A program made the position numbers and the translations under genes. Below, in pieces: positions 20,560 through 31,520 of a stretch of DNA of 64,000 bases (within the stretch, counting starts at the first letter, position 1; the number at the start of each line of letters is the position of its first letter). This stretch comes from an uncultured Actinomycetota bacterium. Lineage in GTDB: Bacteria > Actinomycetota > Actinomycetes > JAHEKZ01. The stretch is taken from contig CAVURN010000003.1 in assembly GCA_963743915.1 (NCBI GenBank), positions 256,001 to 320,000 of the forward strand. Direction: 5' to 3'. A model generated the notes under the pieces. It was given only the letters and a program-made list of their open reading frames with translations, was not told the DNA's origin and did not search any database.

Positions 20560-21924
20560 GTGACGCAGCCCAAGCAGCACAAGATCGTTCTCGACGAGTC
20601 GGAGATGCCGACGCAGTGGTACAACATCGTGCCCGACCTGCCGTCACCGCCGCCGCCACCACTGCACCCGGGAACGCATCAGCCGGTCGGCCCTGACGAC
20701 CTCGCGCCGCTCTTCCCGATGGACCTGATCCTGCAAGAGGTCTCCTCCGACCGGTTCATCGACATCCCGGACGAGGTGCAGGACATCTACCGCCTGTGGC
20801 GACCGTCGCCGCTGTTCCGTGCGCACCGCCTCGAAGCGGCGCTCGAGACGCCCGCGCGCATCTACTACAAGTACGAAGGCGTCTCACCGGCGGGCTCGCA
20901 CAAGCCCAACACCGCCGTCCCGCAGGCGTACTACAACGCCAAGGCCGGTGTCACCAAGCTCACCACCGAGACCGGTGCCGGGCAGTGGGGGACGGCGCTC
21001 GCGCTGGCCTGCACGATGTTCGGCATCGAGTGCGAGGTGTGGCAGGTGGGGGCGTCCTACGACCAGAAGCCCTACCGGCGGATGATGATCGAGACGTTCG
21101 GCGCGACCGTCCACCGGTCACCGTCCGAGCTCACCGAGGCGGGGCGCGGCTACCTCGCCGCCGACCCCCACCACACCGGCTCGCTCGGCATCGCGATCAG
21201 CGAGGCGGTCGAGGTCGCGGTCAAGGAGCCGGAGACGCGCTACGCCTTGGGCAGCGTGCTCAACCACGTCCTGCTGCACCAGACGATCATCGGTGAAGAG
21301 GCGCTGCGCCAGTTCGCCAAGATCGGGGAGACACCTGACGTCATCGTCGGGTGCACCGGTGGCGGTTCCAACTTCGGAGGACTCGCCTTCCCGTTCCTGC
21401 GCGAGAAGCTCGCCGGCACCATGGACCCGCACATCCGCGCGGTCGAGCCGGCGTCCTGTCCGTCCCTGACGCACGGCACCTATGCCTATGACTTCGGTGA
21501 CGCCGCCGGGATGACGCCGCTGATGAAGATGCACACGCTCGGCCACGACTTCGTGCCCGACCCGATCCACGCCGGTGGCCTGCGCTATCACGGCATGTCG
21601 CCGCTCATCTCGCACATCTACGAGCTCGGCCTGATGGACGCCGTCGCGATCGGTCAGAGCGAGTGCTTCGCCGCGGGCACCCAGTTCGCCCGCACCGAGG
21701 GCATCGTGCCGGCACCCGAGCCGACCCATGCCCTGGCCGAAACGGTGCGCGAGGCTCAGCGGTGCAAGGACACCGGTGAGGAGAAGGTGATCCTCACCGC
21801 CCTCTGCGGCCACGGCCACTTCGACCTCGCCGCGTACGACGCCTACCTGTCCGGGTCGATGGCCGACGAGCCGGTGTCGGAGGAGCGGTTCGCCGCGGCC
21901 CTGGAGACCGTTCCTGCCCTCTGA
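20560..21924 (+). CDS. trpB2: TrpB-like PLP enzyme (tryptophan synthase beta chain 2)
   Basis: [48 protein letters not shown]. Confidence 0.92.
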   Translation: MTQPKQHKIVLDESEMPTQWYNIVPDLPSPPPPPLHPGTHQPVGPDDLAPLFPMDLILQEVSSDRFIDIPDEVQDIYRLWRPSPLFRAHRLEAALETPARIYYKYEGVSPAGSHKPNTAVPQAYYNAKAGVTKLTTETGAGQWGTALALACTMFGIECEVWQVGASYDQKPYRRMMIETFGATVHRSPSELTEAGRGYLAADPHHTGSLGIAISEAVEVAVKEPETRYALGSVLNHVLLHQTIIGEEALRQFAKIGETPDVIVGCTGGGSNFGGLAFPFLREKLAGTMDPHIRAVEPASCPSLTHGTYAYDFGDAAGMTPLMKMHTLGHDFVPDPIHAGGLRYHGMSPLISHIYELGLMDAVAIGQSECFAAGTQFARTEGIVPAPEPTHALAETVREAQRCKDTGEEKVILTALCGHGHFDLAAYDAYLSGSMADEPVSEERFAAALETVPAL

Positions 21925-21942
21925 GGAGAGATTCCCCGGGCT

Positions 21943-22614
21943 TCAGGTCGGGCGTGCGGCGTGCCGCGCGGCCCATCGACGCCCGGCCAGAGCCGTGACC
22001 CGACCGATCGCCGCTCCGGACACCACACCGGCCGCCACATCGCCCGGATAGTGCACGCCCGTGTAGACCCGGGAGAACGCTACGGTCGACCCGGCCAGCC
22101 ACAAGGGCCACCGCAGCGCAGGGAGCACGTCGCCCACAGCGACAGCGAAGGTCGCGGCCGAGGCCGAGTGGCCCGAGGGGAACGAGCTGGATGTCGGCAT
22201 CCGCACCCATCGGAGTTCTGGAACACCGGCTTCCTCTCGGTCAGGGCGGGGACGGTCGCCGGCCAGCTTCATGGGTTGGTTGACCACCAGCGATGTGACG
22301 CCGATCGCCGCCACACCCGTCGCCGCGGCCCGCCGACCCCGTGGCCCGCCCACGAGTGCGAGGACCCCGGCCACGGCGAACCAGAGCTTGGAGTGGTTGG
22401 CGAAGTGCGACAGCCGGCGGAGCGGGGCATCCAGCGCAGGCGTCGACATGCCGGCGACCTGGTCGTAGACCGCGCGGTCCCACCGGCCCAGGGTGCGGAG
22501 ACCTCGCACCGCCGGGTCCCGCACCCGGCCGCTGGTGGCCTCCGCGTCCCCGCTGCGTGTCTCGATCGTGTCGGCGAGCCGGTCCTCCGGCGTCTCCGGG
22601 ATGTCGACCCTCAC
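21943..22614 (-). CDS. PAP2 family phosphatase
   Basis: K.....RP, SFPSGHS, SRVYTGVHYPGD. Confidence 0.9.
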   Translation of the reverse strand: MRVDIPETPEDRLADTIETRSGDAEATSGRVRDPAVRGLRTLGRWDRAVYDQVAGMSTPALDAPLRRLSHFANHSKLWFAVAGVLALVGGPRGRRAAATGVAAIGVTSLVVNQPMKLAGDRPRPDREEAGVPELRWVRMPTSSSFPSGHSASAATFAVAVGDVLPALRWPLWLAGSTVAFSRVYTGVHYPGDVAAGVVSGAAIGRVTALAGRRWAARHAARPT

Positions 22615-23969
22615 GGCGCGCCCACCGCGTGACCCAGGGCCACCCTCACGAGGTCTGGCACGGTGTCACGCGTCGAACGTCGCGCTGCCTGACCCGCGGG
22701 TGAGACACCCGATGCGCTTCGTGGGAGACGCACAGTCAACGCCGCCGAGCGGATCGTGAAGCGCAGCGGCGGCTGCATGCTGAGCGCTTCCCCGTCGACG
22801 CCGATCTCCACCGGGCCGTCAGAGCGCACTTCGAACTCAGGGGCCGTCCACTCCTGCCATCCGGAGAAACGCCGGACCTGCCCGACCGCCTCGAGGGCCG
22901 CCAGCTTCTCGACGTCGACGGCGCCCCTCACGCGCACCGAGGTGATCCCCAGCACCCCGGCGTCGATCCGCGCACGGGTGCCGGCACCACGAAGACGATG
23001 GAGCTCGTAGGCGTTGTTCGACACCAGGATCAGCTGAGCGGTCTCGGCCACCTCGCCCGACGGCAGGGTGAAGCGCAGGTCCAGCGGTACGGCGTCAGGA
23101 CCCAGGATGTCCGGCAGCATGTCGGCGGCCGTCTGAATCTTCGCGTCACGGTACTCAGCCGACTGGACCACCTTCGCGTAGACGCCCATCGAGGCGTTGT
23201 TCACGAAGACTCGACCATTGACCTCGGCCAGATCGATCACCCGCTCGACGCCGTCGCCGAAAGCGTCGAGAGCCCCGACGACGTCGTCGCGGTCGAGCCC
23301 CAGATCGAGCGCGAAATGGTTGCGCGTGCCTGCCGGGATGACGACATGAGGGACGCCGTGCTTGCTGGCAACCGATGCCACAAGGGCCTGGGAGCCATCA
23401 CCTCCGGCCATGCCGATGACGTCCGCTCCCCGGGCGACGGCGCCCTCCGCAAGGGCGAGCAGGTCGTCACCGGGCTCGAGCACGATCGGCTCGATCCCCC
23501 GCTCGCGGCACCGGGCCTTCAGGTCGAACTTCTCCGCCTTCCCCCCGCCCGAGCGCAGGTTCATGATGAGCACCGGACGTTGCGCCGGTGGAGCAGCCGG
23601 TCCTTCGCCGCGAGCGTCGGGTTCCGCATGCGGGAACACCGCGTCGGTCGCAGCGACCGACGCCGCGGCCAGCAGCAGCGTCACGACCAGGACCCAGAGG
23701 CTGTTGCTGGCGACCAGCACCCACACGAAGCTCCCGAGTCCGAGCACCACAGCCGCGGCGGCAACGGCGCGTCTGGCACCGCGCCGGGACAGCACGTACC
23801 AGGATCCGACGACGACGAAGCTCAGTGACACCAGGCTGATGATGAGCACCTCCCAGCGCCCAAAGAGCGCACCGACGAGCGCCAGGACGGTGCCGGCAAG
23901 CCCCGCGAGCGCCAGTGCGGCGTACAGGCGCCGTGCCGTCGTGGGCCGCTCAGCAGGTCGGTCGGTCAT
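22611..23969 (-). CDS. Diacylglycerol/lipid kinase family protein with N-terminal TM helices
   Basis: MNLRSGGG, AGGDGS, PAGTRNHFA, FVNNAS, VDGE. Confidence 0.88.
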   Translation of the reverse strand: MTDRPAERPTTARRLYAALALAGLAGTVLALVGALFGRWEVLIISLVSLSFVVVGSWYVLSRRGARRAVAAAAVVLGLGSFVWVLVASNSLWVLVVTLLLAAASVAATDAVFPHAEPDARGEGPAAPPAQRPVLIMNLRSGGGKAEKFDLKARCRERGIEPIVLEPGDDLLALAEGAVARGADVIGMAGGDGSQALVASVASKHGVPHVVIPAGTRNHFALDLGLDRDDVVGALDAFGDGVERVIDLAEVNGRVFVNNASMGVYAKVVQSAEYRDAKIQTAADMLPDILGPDAVPLDLRFTLPSGEVAETAQLILVSNNAYELHRLRGAGTRARIDAGVLGITSVRVRGAVDVEKLAALEAVGQVRRFSGWQEWTAPEFEVRSDGPVEIGVDGEALSMQPPLRFTIRSAALTVRLPRSASGVSPAGQAARRSTRDTVPDLVRVALGHAVGAP

Positions 23970-25719
23970 GCGTCTCCTCCGGGGGTCGCCAGCGCACGCC
24001 CGTCTCTTCGCGGTAGCGAGCGACGGCGTCGTCCAACGTGGGGAAGAAGTGGGCGGGGTCGATGGTGCGGGTCAGCTCGTAGCGCTCGATCTTGTCACGC
24101 ACCGGGTCCTTCATCTCGGCGAAGACCAGCGAGATGCCGCGCTCGTTAAGCCACTCGTCGAGCTCCTGCAGCATGTCGGACGCTGTCGTGTCGACATCGG
24201 TGATCGGTCCGGCTGAGATCAGGATCCACTTGAGGTCGGGGTGCTCCTCAGCGATGGCGCGCATCTCGTCCGCGAAGGTCCTCGAGTTCGCGAAGATCAG
24301 TGGGGCGTCGAACCGGTAGATCATCAGACCGGGAAGCTGGTCGGCGCCGGGGTAGCTCGTGGTGTCGTGCAGTCCGGCGATGCCCTCCACCTTGCCGAGC
24401 TCGGCCTGGTACGGCCACCACACCTTGCGGAAGACGTTCAGGATCGACAGCCCGACAGCGATCACGATGCCCGGCAGGACACCGAGCAGGGCGACTCCGA
24501 GCAGGGCGATGATCGAGAGCGCGAACTCGACCCGGCGCTGCTGCCAGAGTCGACGAGTCGCAGGGAGGTCCGCCAGCGAGAGAGCAGCCGCGATCACCAC
24601 GGCTCCAAGGGTCGGCTGGGGGACGTACTGCATGACCTCCGTGGCGAACACGATGACGACGGTGATGACGGCCGCTCCCACCAGCCCGGTCACCTGTGAG
24701 CGAGATCCCGCGGTGTCGGCCACTGCCGTGCGCGATCCGCTCGTGCTCACCGGGAAGCCCTGGAAGAAGCCGGCCGCGATGTTGGCGGCGCCGATACCGA
24801 TCATCTCCTGGTTCCCGCGTACCCGCTCACCGTGACGTGCGGCGAAAGACGACGCCGTCGACATCGTGTCGGCGAGAGCGATGAGTGCGATGGCCATGGC
24901 CCCCGCGAGCAACGTGGACACGTCGGAGAGGTCGACGCTGGGAATGGTGAACGGCGGAAAGCCCTGCGGCAGGACGCCGATCGTGTCGACCCCGTCGTCC
25001 TCGAGGTTCAGCACGTTGACAGCCAGAGACGCGAGCACCACCGCAACGAGGACCGCGGGAACCTTCGGCATCAACCGCTGCAGCAGCAGGATGCCGACCA
25101 GGGACGAGACGCCGATGACGGCTGCCGTGCTGTTCGTGGCACCCTCGGCCACCCCCTCCAGGAAGCCGGTGAGCTCATCGATGAGCCCGTCTGCGTCTAC
25201 CGAGAACCCCAGCAGCTTCGGCAGCTGTCCGACGACGATCGTCAGGGCCAGACCGTTGAGGTAACCGATCTGGGTGGGCTTGGAGAGCAGGTCGGCGACG
25301 AAGCCGAACTTGGCGATCCCGGCCACCGTCATGATGAGGCCGACGAGGATGCCGAGGAACGAGGCCAGGGCCACGGCGCGGGCCGGGTCCCCGTCGGCCA
25401 GCAGCAGCGGAGCGATCGTCGCGGCGATCATCGGCCCCAGGGACGAGTCGGGGCCGAGCACGAGCACCCGGGATGGGCCGAAGATGGCATAGCCCACCAG
25501 ACACAGGATTGAGGTGTACAGACCGGTGATCGCGGGGAGACCCGCCAGCTCGGCGTAGGCCATGCCCTGCGGCACGAGCAGGGCCGAGAGCACGAGCCCG
25601 GCCACGACGTCCTTGCTCAGCCACGCCCGCTCGTAGGACTTGAGTGCCTCGAGACCGGGGACGTAGGCGAGCACGCTGCCACCATGGGCGGCGTTCGGCC
25701 CCTTCGTGCGCGTCGTCAC
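23950..25719 (-). CDS. SulP/SLC26 anion transporter with STAS domain
   Basis: DVVAGL...VPQGMAYAELAG, GNQEMIGIG, SGSRTAV, YRFDAPLIFAN. Confidence 0.92.
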   Translation of the reverse strand: MTTRTKGPNAAHGGSVLAYVPGLEALKSYERAWLSKDVVAGLVLSALLVPQGMAYAELAGLPAITGLYTSILCLVGYAIFGPSRVLVLGPDSSLGPMIAATIAPLLLADGDPARAVALASFLGILVGLIMTVAGIAKFGFVADLLSKPTQIGYLNGLALTIVVGQLPKLLGFSVDADGLIDELTGFLEGVAEGATNSTAAVIGVSSLVGILLLQRLMPKVPAVLVAVVLASLAVNVLNLEDDGVDTIGVLPQGFPPFTIPSVDLSDVSTLLAGAMAIALIALADTMSTASSFAARHGERVRGNQEMIGIGAANIAAGFFQGFPVSTSGSRTAVADTAGSRSQVTGLVGAAVITVVIVFATEVMQYVPQPTLGAVVIAAALSLADLPATRRLWQQRRVEFALSIIALLGVALLGVLPGIVIAVGLSILNVFRKVWWPYQAELGKVEGIAGLHDTTSYPGADQLPGLMIYRFDAPLIFANSRTFADEMRAIAEEHPDLKWILISAGPITDVDTTASDMLQELDEWLNERGISLVFAEMKDPVRDKIERYELTRTIDPAHFFPTLDDAVARYREETGVRWRPPEETHDRPTC

Positions 25720-25781
25720 CTTGTCAGTCCCCAGTTCGCAGCATCAACGCGCCACGATGCCATCGCGTCGGGCCTGTGTCG

Positions 25782-27050
25782 TCACCTCGGTTGGATGACG
25801 TCGGTGCCGACGGTTGCCTGCAGCGGCTCCGGAACCCGCACCGAGCCGTCCGGCTGCTGGTGGTTCTCCAGAATCGAGACGATCACCCGCGGGATCGCGA
25901 CCAGGGTGCCGTTCAAGGTCGCGACCGGACGCGTGGCGTCACCGTCACGCACGCGGACGCCGAGGCGTCGCGCCTGGTACTCGGTGCAGTTCGAGGTGGA
26001 GGTCACCTCGCGGTACTTGCCCTGCGTCGGGACCCACGCCTCGATGTCGTACTTGCGCGAGGCGCTCGAGCCGAGATCGCCGGTGGCGACATCGATCACG
26101 CGGTACGGCACGTCCAGCTGGTCGAGGAACTGCCGCTCCCACGCCAGGAGGCGCTGGTGCTCGGCGACGGCGTCCTCGGGGCGGCAGAAGGTGAACATCT
26201 CGATCTTGTCGAACTGGTGCACGCGGATGATGCCGCGGGTGTCCTTGCCGTACGTGCCCGCCTCACGGCGAAAACAGGTGGAGATGCCCGCATACCGGAG
26301 CGGCAACGCATCGGCGTCCAGGATCTCGTCGGAGTGGTACGCGGCGAGCGAGACCTCCGAGGTGCCGATCAGGTAGAAGTCGTCGTGCTCGAGGTGGAAG
26401 ACGTTCTCCGCCGCCTGACCGAGGAAGCCGGTGCCCTCCATGGCCGGCGGCTTGACGAGCACCGGCGTGACCATCGGCGTGAACCCAGCTGCGACGGCTT
26501 GCTGCACGGCGAGGTTGATCAGAGCCAGCTCGAGCAGCGCGCCGGGACCGGTGAGGTAGAAGAAGCGGGCGCCGGAGACCTTGGCCCCTCGTTCGACGTC
26601 GATGGCGCCGAGCATCTTGCCGAGGTCGACGTGGTCGCGCGGCTCGAAGCCCTCGGCGGCGAAGTCACGTGGTGTGCCCGAGTGCTCGAGGACGACAAAG
26701 TCGTCCTCGGTGCCGACCGGGGCGTCCGGCTCGACGATGTTGGACAGCTGCAGCTGCACTTCGCGCAGGCGTTCCTCCGCCTGGCGGACCGCGTACTCGG
26801 CGTCCTTGACCTGCCCGGCGAGCTCCTTGGTGGTGCTGAGCAGCTGCTGCTTCTGCTCCCCCTCGGAGCCGGCGACCAGCTTGCCGAACGCCTTCTGCTC
26901 GGCCCGCAGCTCCTCGAAGCGGACGATCGAGGCCCGGCGCTGCTCGTCAGCAGCGATCGCGGCGTCCACCAGGTCCGGGTCCTCGCCGCGCGCGACCTGC
27001 GAACGGCGGACGGCGTCCGGGTCGTCACGGAGCAGCTTGAGATCGAGCAC
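25782..27050 (-). CDS. serS: Serine--tRNA ligase
   Basis: [48 protein letters not shown]. Confidence 0.97.
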   Translation of the reverse strand: MLDLKLLRDDPDAVRRSQVARGEDPDLVDAAIAADEQRRASIVRFEELRAEQKAFGKLVAGSEGEQKQQLLSTTKELAGQVKDAEYAVRQAEERLREVQLQLSNIVEPDAPVGTEDDFVVLEHSGTPRDFAAEGFEPRDHVDLGKMLGAIDVERGAKVSGARFFYLTGPGALLELALINLAVQQAVAAGFTPMVTPVLVKPPAMEGTGFLGQAAENVFHLEHDDFYLIGTSEVSLAAYHSDEILDADALPLRYAGISTCFRREAGTYGKDTRGIIRVHQFDKIEMFTFCRPEDAVAEHQRLLAWERQFLDQLDVPYRVIDVATGDLGSSASRKYDIEAWVPTQGKYREVTSTSNCTEYQARRLGVRVRDGDATRPVATLNGTLVAIPRVIVSILENHQQPDGSVRVPEPLQATVGTDVIQPR

Positions 27051-27129
27051 GGGGTGAGCCTACCCAGGGTTCGGCCCACGGCTCCCGGTCATTTTCGTGG
27101 GGAAGGCCGTGCGTCGACGATTCCCTCGG

Positions 27130-29142
27130 TCAACGCGGGGAGGGTGACATGGCACCCCTGTGCGTCGGTGCGGCCGCAGGGGCGCCACTGCCAGCGACGC
27201 GGCGGCGGAACGAGAGCTGCAGCAGCACCTCGGGCAGCGCGTCGGACGCCACGGGTCGCGACCACAGGTAGCCCTGTCCGATGTCACACCCGAGCTCGCG
27301 GAGCCGATCGGTGACCTCGGAGTCCTCCACGCCCTCGGCGACCACCTCGAGCCCGAACTCGTGGGCAAGGTCGACCATCGCCTTGACCAGGGTGGCGCCG
27401 CCGGGATCGTCGGCGAGCCGGCGGGTGAACGAGCGGTCGATCTTCAGGGTCGAGAGCGGCATCGACTCCAGCTGCGACATCGAGGTGTAACCCGTCCCGA
27501 AGTCATCCACGGCCAGCGTCACGCCGAGACCGGCGATCTTGTGCATCATCTGGTGGCTGCGCACGGGGTCCTCGATGAGCGCGCTCTCCGTCACCTCGAG
27601 CTCGAGCCGGTGCGGCTCGATCAGGTGACTGGCCAAGATGTCCTCGAGGAACTCGTCGAAGTTCGGTTCGAGCAGATTGCGCGCCGACAGGTTCACGGCC
27701 ACCGGCAGATGAGCGAACTCCGCGTCGATGCGGTCCCACTCGGCCATCTGCGCGCACACCATCTCCAGCACGTAGCGGGTCAGACCCTGGATCAGGCCGG
27801 TGTTCTCCGCCAAGGGGATGAAGTCGTTCGGCGGGATGTTTCCCCGCTCGGGGTGCATCCACCGCAGCAAGGCCTCGGTCCCGATGACCTGGTCGGACGC
27901 GAGGTCGATCTTCGGCTGGTAGTGGATGGACAGCTGTTTGGTCCCCAGCGCGTTCCGAAGGTCCCCGAGCAGCTGCAGCCGCTCCGCAGAGTTGCCGTCG
28001 TCGCCGGGGCGGTAGAGCAGCGCACCCAGGTGCGTCGACTTCGCCGCATACATCGCGGTGTCGGCGCGCTGCATCAGCTCGGTCGCGTCCTCGGCGTGCT
28101 CGGGGAGCATGGCGATGCCGATGCTCGACTCGACGTGCAGCAGGAGGTCCCCGACCTGGAACGCCTCGTCGAAGGCAGAATGCACTCGGGCCGCGAGCCG
28201 CTCGGCGTCCAGCGTCGACCCGATGTCGGGGGCCAGCACGGCGAACTCGTCACCGCCGAGACGGGCCACCGTGTCGGCTTCGCGCACGACGTTCTCGAGC
28301 CTCTTGGCGACCTCGATCAGCAGGGCGTCACCACGGTCATGGCCCAGGGTGTCGTTGACCTCCTTGAACCGGTCGACGTCCAGGATCATCAGTCCGACGT
28401 TCTTGTTCGCGCGCTGGCCGGCGACGATCGCTCGGTCGAGGCGGTCTTGCAGCAGTCGACGGTTCGGCAGACCGGTCAGTGCGTCGTGCAGGGCGAGGCG
28501 CTCGTTCTCATCGGCCTGCGTGCGCAGTGTGAAGCTGGTGCGGTGCACCGTGCGGAAGAGCAGCAGCCAGGCGAGCAGTGCCGCGACCGCGATGACCGCA
28601 GCGACGGTGAGGACGGCTCGTTCGACGACGGCCTCCTTCTCGTCCCAGGGGATGTGCACCTCGGCGATGCCGTAGGCGCCTGCCAGACGATCGCCGTAGA
28701 CGACCGGGACCGTCACCTCGAGCACATTGCCGTCGTCGGTGCGCACGACGTCGGAGACAGGGGCGAGCCGGTCGAGTGCCTGGTCGATCCTGGCGCGGTC
28801 GGCGATCGGGGCGTCCAGCGGGGCGCCGGCACTGGTCCAGAGCGGCGTCCCCTCATTGCTGTACAGCGACAGACTGTCGAGCACCTGGACGCTGTTGATG
28901 CGTGCGATGGAGTCCAGAGAGTTGAGCACCGCGGGGGACACCGACGAGGGATCTCTCCAGAAGCTGATCGCCTCGGTGTCGATCTTGGACTGGACGCCCT
29001 GCGCCACGTACGCCTCGGCCAGGTTCTCCCCGTCCAGCTGCGCCTGGCTCTCCAGCGTGGACGCGAACAGCCAGGTGATGGCCACCGCAAGCAGCACCAT
29101 GGTCGTCAGACTGACCACGGCGAATGTCCCGGTCAGGCTCAT
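27130..29142 (-). CDS. Membrane-anchored diguanylate cyclase/phosphodiesterase (GGDEF-EAL)
   Basis: Two TM helices around a sensor region; HDALTGLPNR, RLGGDEF, EALLRW and DDFGTGY all intact. Confidence 0.92.
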   Translation of the reverse strand: MSLTGTFAVVSLTTMVLLAVAITWLFASTLESQAQLDGENLAEAYVAQGVQSKIDTEAISFWRDPSSVSPAVLNSLDSIARINSVQVLDSLSLYSNEGTPLWTSAGAPLDAPIADRARIDQALDRLAPVSDVVRTDDGNVLEVTVPVVYGDRLAGAYGIAEVHIPWDEKEAVVERAVLTVAAVIAVAALLAWLLLFRTVHRTSFTLRTQADENERLALHDALTGLPNRRLLQDRLDRAIVAGQRANKNVGLMILDVDRFKEVNDTLGHDRGDALLIEVAKRLENVVREADTVARLGGDEFAVLAPDIGSTLDAERLAARVHSAFDEAFQVGDLLLHVESSIGIAMLPEHAEDATELMQRADTAMYAAKSTHLGALLYRPGDDGNSAERLQLLGDLRNALGTKQLSIHYQPKIDLASDQVIGTEALLRWMHPERGNIPPNDFIPLAENTGLIQGLTRYVLEMVCAQMAEWDRIDAEFAHLPVAVNLSARNLLEPNFDEFLEDILASHLIEPHRLELEVTESALIEDPVRSHQMMHKIAGLGVTLAVDDFGTGYTSMSQLESMPLSTLKIDRSFTRRLADDPGGATLVKAMVDLAHEFGLEVVAEGVEDSEVTDRLRELGCDIGQGYLWSRPVASDALPEVLLQLSFRRRVAGSGAPAAAPTHRGAMSPSPR

Positions 29143-29205
29143 TCGGCGCACGAGTGCCCCATCGGCAGGTCTGACGTGCGGGTTGAGCGGGGCCGCCCTC
29201 GGCGG

Positions 29206-30147
29206 TCAGGCGCGCCCCTGGCGGATCCGCGCCAGCCACGCCTGGGCCTCGCGGAACTCCTCGTCGCTGACCCCCCGCCGCACGACCGGCGCTCTGCCGT
29301 CGATCCGGGGGTAGGACCCGAGGTACCGCACCTCCGCGCACACCCTCCGCAGCCCCATCAGCGCCTCACCGACACGGGCATCGTCGACGTGTCCCTCGAC
29401 ATCGACGGAGAAGAAGTAGTCCCCCATGCCTCCGCCGGTGGGTCGGCTCTCGATCCGCGTCAGGTTGACCCCACGCACGGCGAACTCGGTCAGGATCTCC
29501 AGCAGTGCTCCAGGGTGGTCCTCGCCCATGAAGAGCACCAGCGACGTCTTGTCGGCCCCGGTCGCGGGCTGGGGCTCCCGTGGAGTGCTGATGAGCACGA
29601 AGCGGGTCTCGGCCGGGCGGTCGCCGATGTCGGACGCGAGCTCGTCCAGCCCGTACACCTGTGCCGCCAGGGGAGCAGCAACGGCAGCGTCGTGACCGTC
29701 GTGGCCCTCGGCCACCATCGAGGCCGCCATCGCCGTGGACGGTGCGAAGGTCACCTGCGACTCGGGGAGCTCGGCGGCGAGCCACCGACGACATTGGGCG
29801 TGGGCGTGCGGGTGCGTGGCGATCGACCGCACGTCGGTCAGCCGGGTACCCGGGCGGGCGACGAGGGAGAACGTGACCGGTACCTGCGCCTCGGCGAGGA
29901 TTGCCAGCGGCGCACCCGCGGCCAAGGCGTCGATGGTGGCGGTGACCGACCCTTCGATCGAGTTCTCGAGTGGCACCATCGCGCCCACCACTTCGCCGGC
30001 GCGTACGGCGTCCACGGCGGAGTCGACGGACGCGAGGGGCACGACCTCGGCCGGTTGCCCGTCCAGCCACTGCAGGAGCGCCGCCTCGGTGAACGTCCCG
30101 GCCGGGCCCAGGAAGCCGTAGCGGTCGGAGGCGGCGGGAGCAGTCAC
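29206..30147 (-). CDS. pheA: Prephenate dehydratase
   Basis: FLGPAGTFTE, PLENSIEGSV, ETRF, ACT domain with NLTRIESRP, LGSYP. Confidence 0.95.
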   Translation of the reverse strand: MTAPAASDRYGFLGPAGTFTEAALLQWLDGQPAEVVPLASVDSAVDAVRAGEVVGAMVPLENSIEGSVTATIDALAAGAPLAILAEAQVPVTFSLVARPGTRLTDVRSIATHPHAHAQCRRWLAAELPESQVTFAPSTAMAASMVAEGHDGHDAAVAAPLAAQVYGLDELASDIGDRPAETRFVLISTPREPQPATGADKTSLVLFMGEDHPGALLEILTEFAVRGVNLTRIESRPTGGGMGDYFFSVDVEGHVDDARVGEALMGLRRVCAEVRYLGSYPRIDGRAPVVRRGVSDEEFREAQAWLARIRQGRA

Positions 30148-30170
30148 GGCGCGCAGCCTAGGGCACCGAC

Positions 30171-30671
30171 TCAGGCGCGCGCGTGGCTCTGACGGGCGTA
30201 GGAGATCGCCTGCTCCTCCTCCGGGGAGAGGATCGCGTCACTGGCGCCCCCCTTGACGCCTTTGGCGTAGGTGCGGGTCTCGGTACGTCCGTTGATCGAG
30301 CTGATCACGACGCCGTCGCCTGCATCATCGAGAAGTGCGGCCGAGAACGACATGCGGCCGCCCATGTCGTTGAAGGCGTCGTACCGAACGACGGCGACGT
30401 GCCGCAGCGCGTCGGAGAGATCGACCCGCAGCCCACCGACGTCCGCCGACAGTGCCGAGACCTCGGTGCGCAGCTGTTCGACCGCCGCGGTCTTGCGGGC
30501 CACCGCCTCGACGAAGCTCTCACCGTCCCCCCCGTCCTGCAGCACCAGGTACTCGCGGCGCATCCTCCGCAGCTTGCCCAGCGCGACGATTGCGAGCACC
30601 AGGGCGATGAGGGCACCGGCAGCCGCGCCGATGGCGAGCGCGGAGACGATGTCGGGGTCGAGGGCAGACAC
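30171..30671 (-). CDS. DUF4446 family protein
   Basis: N-terminal TM and coiled coil, VRYDAFNDMGG.MSFS.ALLD, R.YAK, LSPEE. Confidence 0.8.
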   Translation of the reverse strand: MSALDPDIVSALAIGAAAGALIALVLAIVALGKLRRMRREYLVLQDGGDGESFVEAVARKTAAVEQLRTEVSALSADVGGLRVDLSDALRHVAVVRYDAFNDMGGRMSFSAALLDDAGDGVVISSINGRTETRTYAKGVKGGASDAILSPEEEQAISYARQSHARA

Positions 30672-30751
30672 AGACGTCCCTGGGTGAGTCGGGGTGAGGG
30701 CCCCAGGCTAGCGATCGGTGAGCGTCCGCCCGGCACCACTACAGTCCTGGC

Positions 30752-31369
30752 GTGAACCTCGCGGCCTTCGTGGTGGCACTGGTACTGATCGCACCCGCCG
30801 AGCTGCCGGACAAGACCTTCGTCGCCACGTTGGTCCTGGCCACGCGGTTCCGTCCGCTCGTGGTGTGGATGGGGGTGAGCGCGGCGTTCGCGGTGCAGAC
30901 CACGATCGCCGTCGCCGCCGGCCAGGCGCTCAGCCTGCTGCCCCGGACGCCGGTGCTGCTGGTCACCGCTGCCCTGTTCGCCACCGGCTCGGTGCTGATG
31001 CTCCGCGGCGCCGGTGCGGTCGACCCGACCGAGGACGAGGTCGAGGAACGGGATGCCGTCGAGTCGGTCGTGCGGTCTGGCCACCGCAGAGCGTTCACCG
31101 TGTCGTTCCTGGTGCTCTTCGCGGCGGAGTGGGGTGACCTCTCCCAGCTCACCACCGCCGGTCTGTCCGCCCGGTACGACGCGCCGCTCGAGGTCTGGCT
31201 GGGCGCCTGGCTGGCCCTGACCCTGGTGGCCGGAGTGGCCGCGCTCGCGGGCCGCTGGCTGGTGGCCCGGGTGCCGTTCTCGACGGTGCGCCGGATCTCC
31301 GGAGTGCTGCTGGGCCTGCTCGCGCTGGGGACGCTGGCCGAGGCCGCCGGGTGGTCGCTGATCCCGTGA
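30752..31369 (+). CDS. TMEM165/GDT1 (UPF0016) Mn2+/Ca2+ transporter
   Basis: Twin motifs AELPDKT and AEWGDLSQ. Confidence 0.88.
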   Translation: MNLAAFVVALVLIAPAELPDKTFVATLVLATRFRPLVVWMGVSAAFAVQTTIAVAAGQALSLLPRTPVLLVTAALFATGSVLMLRGAGAVDPTEDEVEERDAVESVVRSGHRRAFTVSFLVLFAAEWGDLSQLTTAGLSARYDAPLEVWLGAWLALTLVAGVAALAGRWLVARVPFSTVRRISGVLLGLLALGTLAEAAGWSLIP

Positions 31370-31421
31370 GGCTCGTCTCTGGCGATTGCACAGAACGTGT
31401 AGTTACCCACCGGTTTTGTGA

Positions 31422-31520
31422 AAGTTAAAGGTCCGAACGCCACCGACGGGGGATACAGCGACGTTCGGACCGGTCTCCACTCTGCGCGGGAAGGGCGTCC
31501 GAACGCAAGCCCCGACCCCC
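31422..31520 (-). ncRNA. Candidate sRNA or terminator hairpin with C-rich loop
   Basis: 16-bp stem at 31430-31471 that needs G-U pairs (favours the minus strand), loop UAUCCCCCGU, followed by UUUAACUUU. 5' end unknown. Confidence 0.4.
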
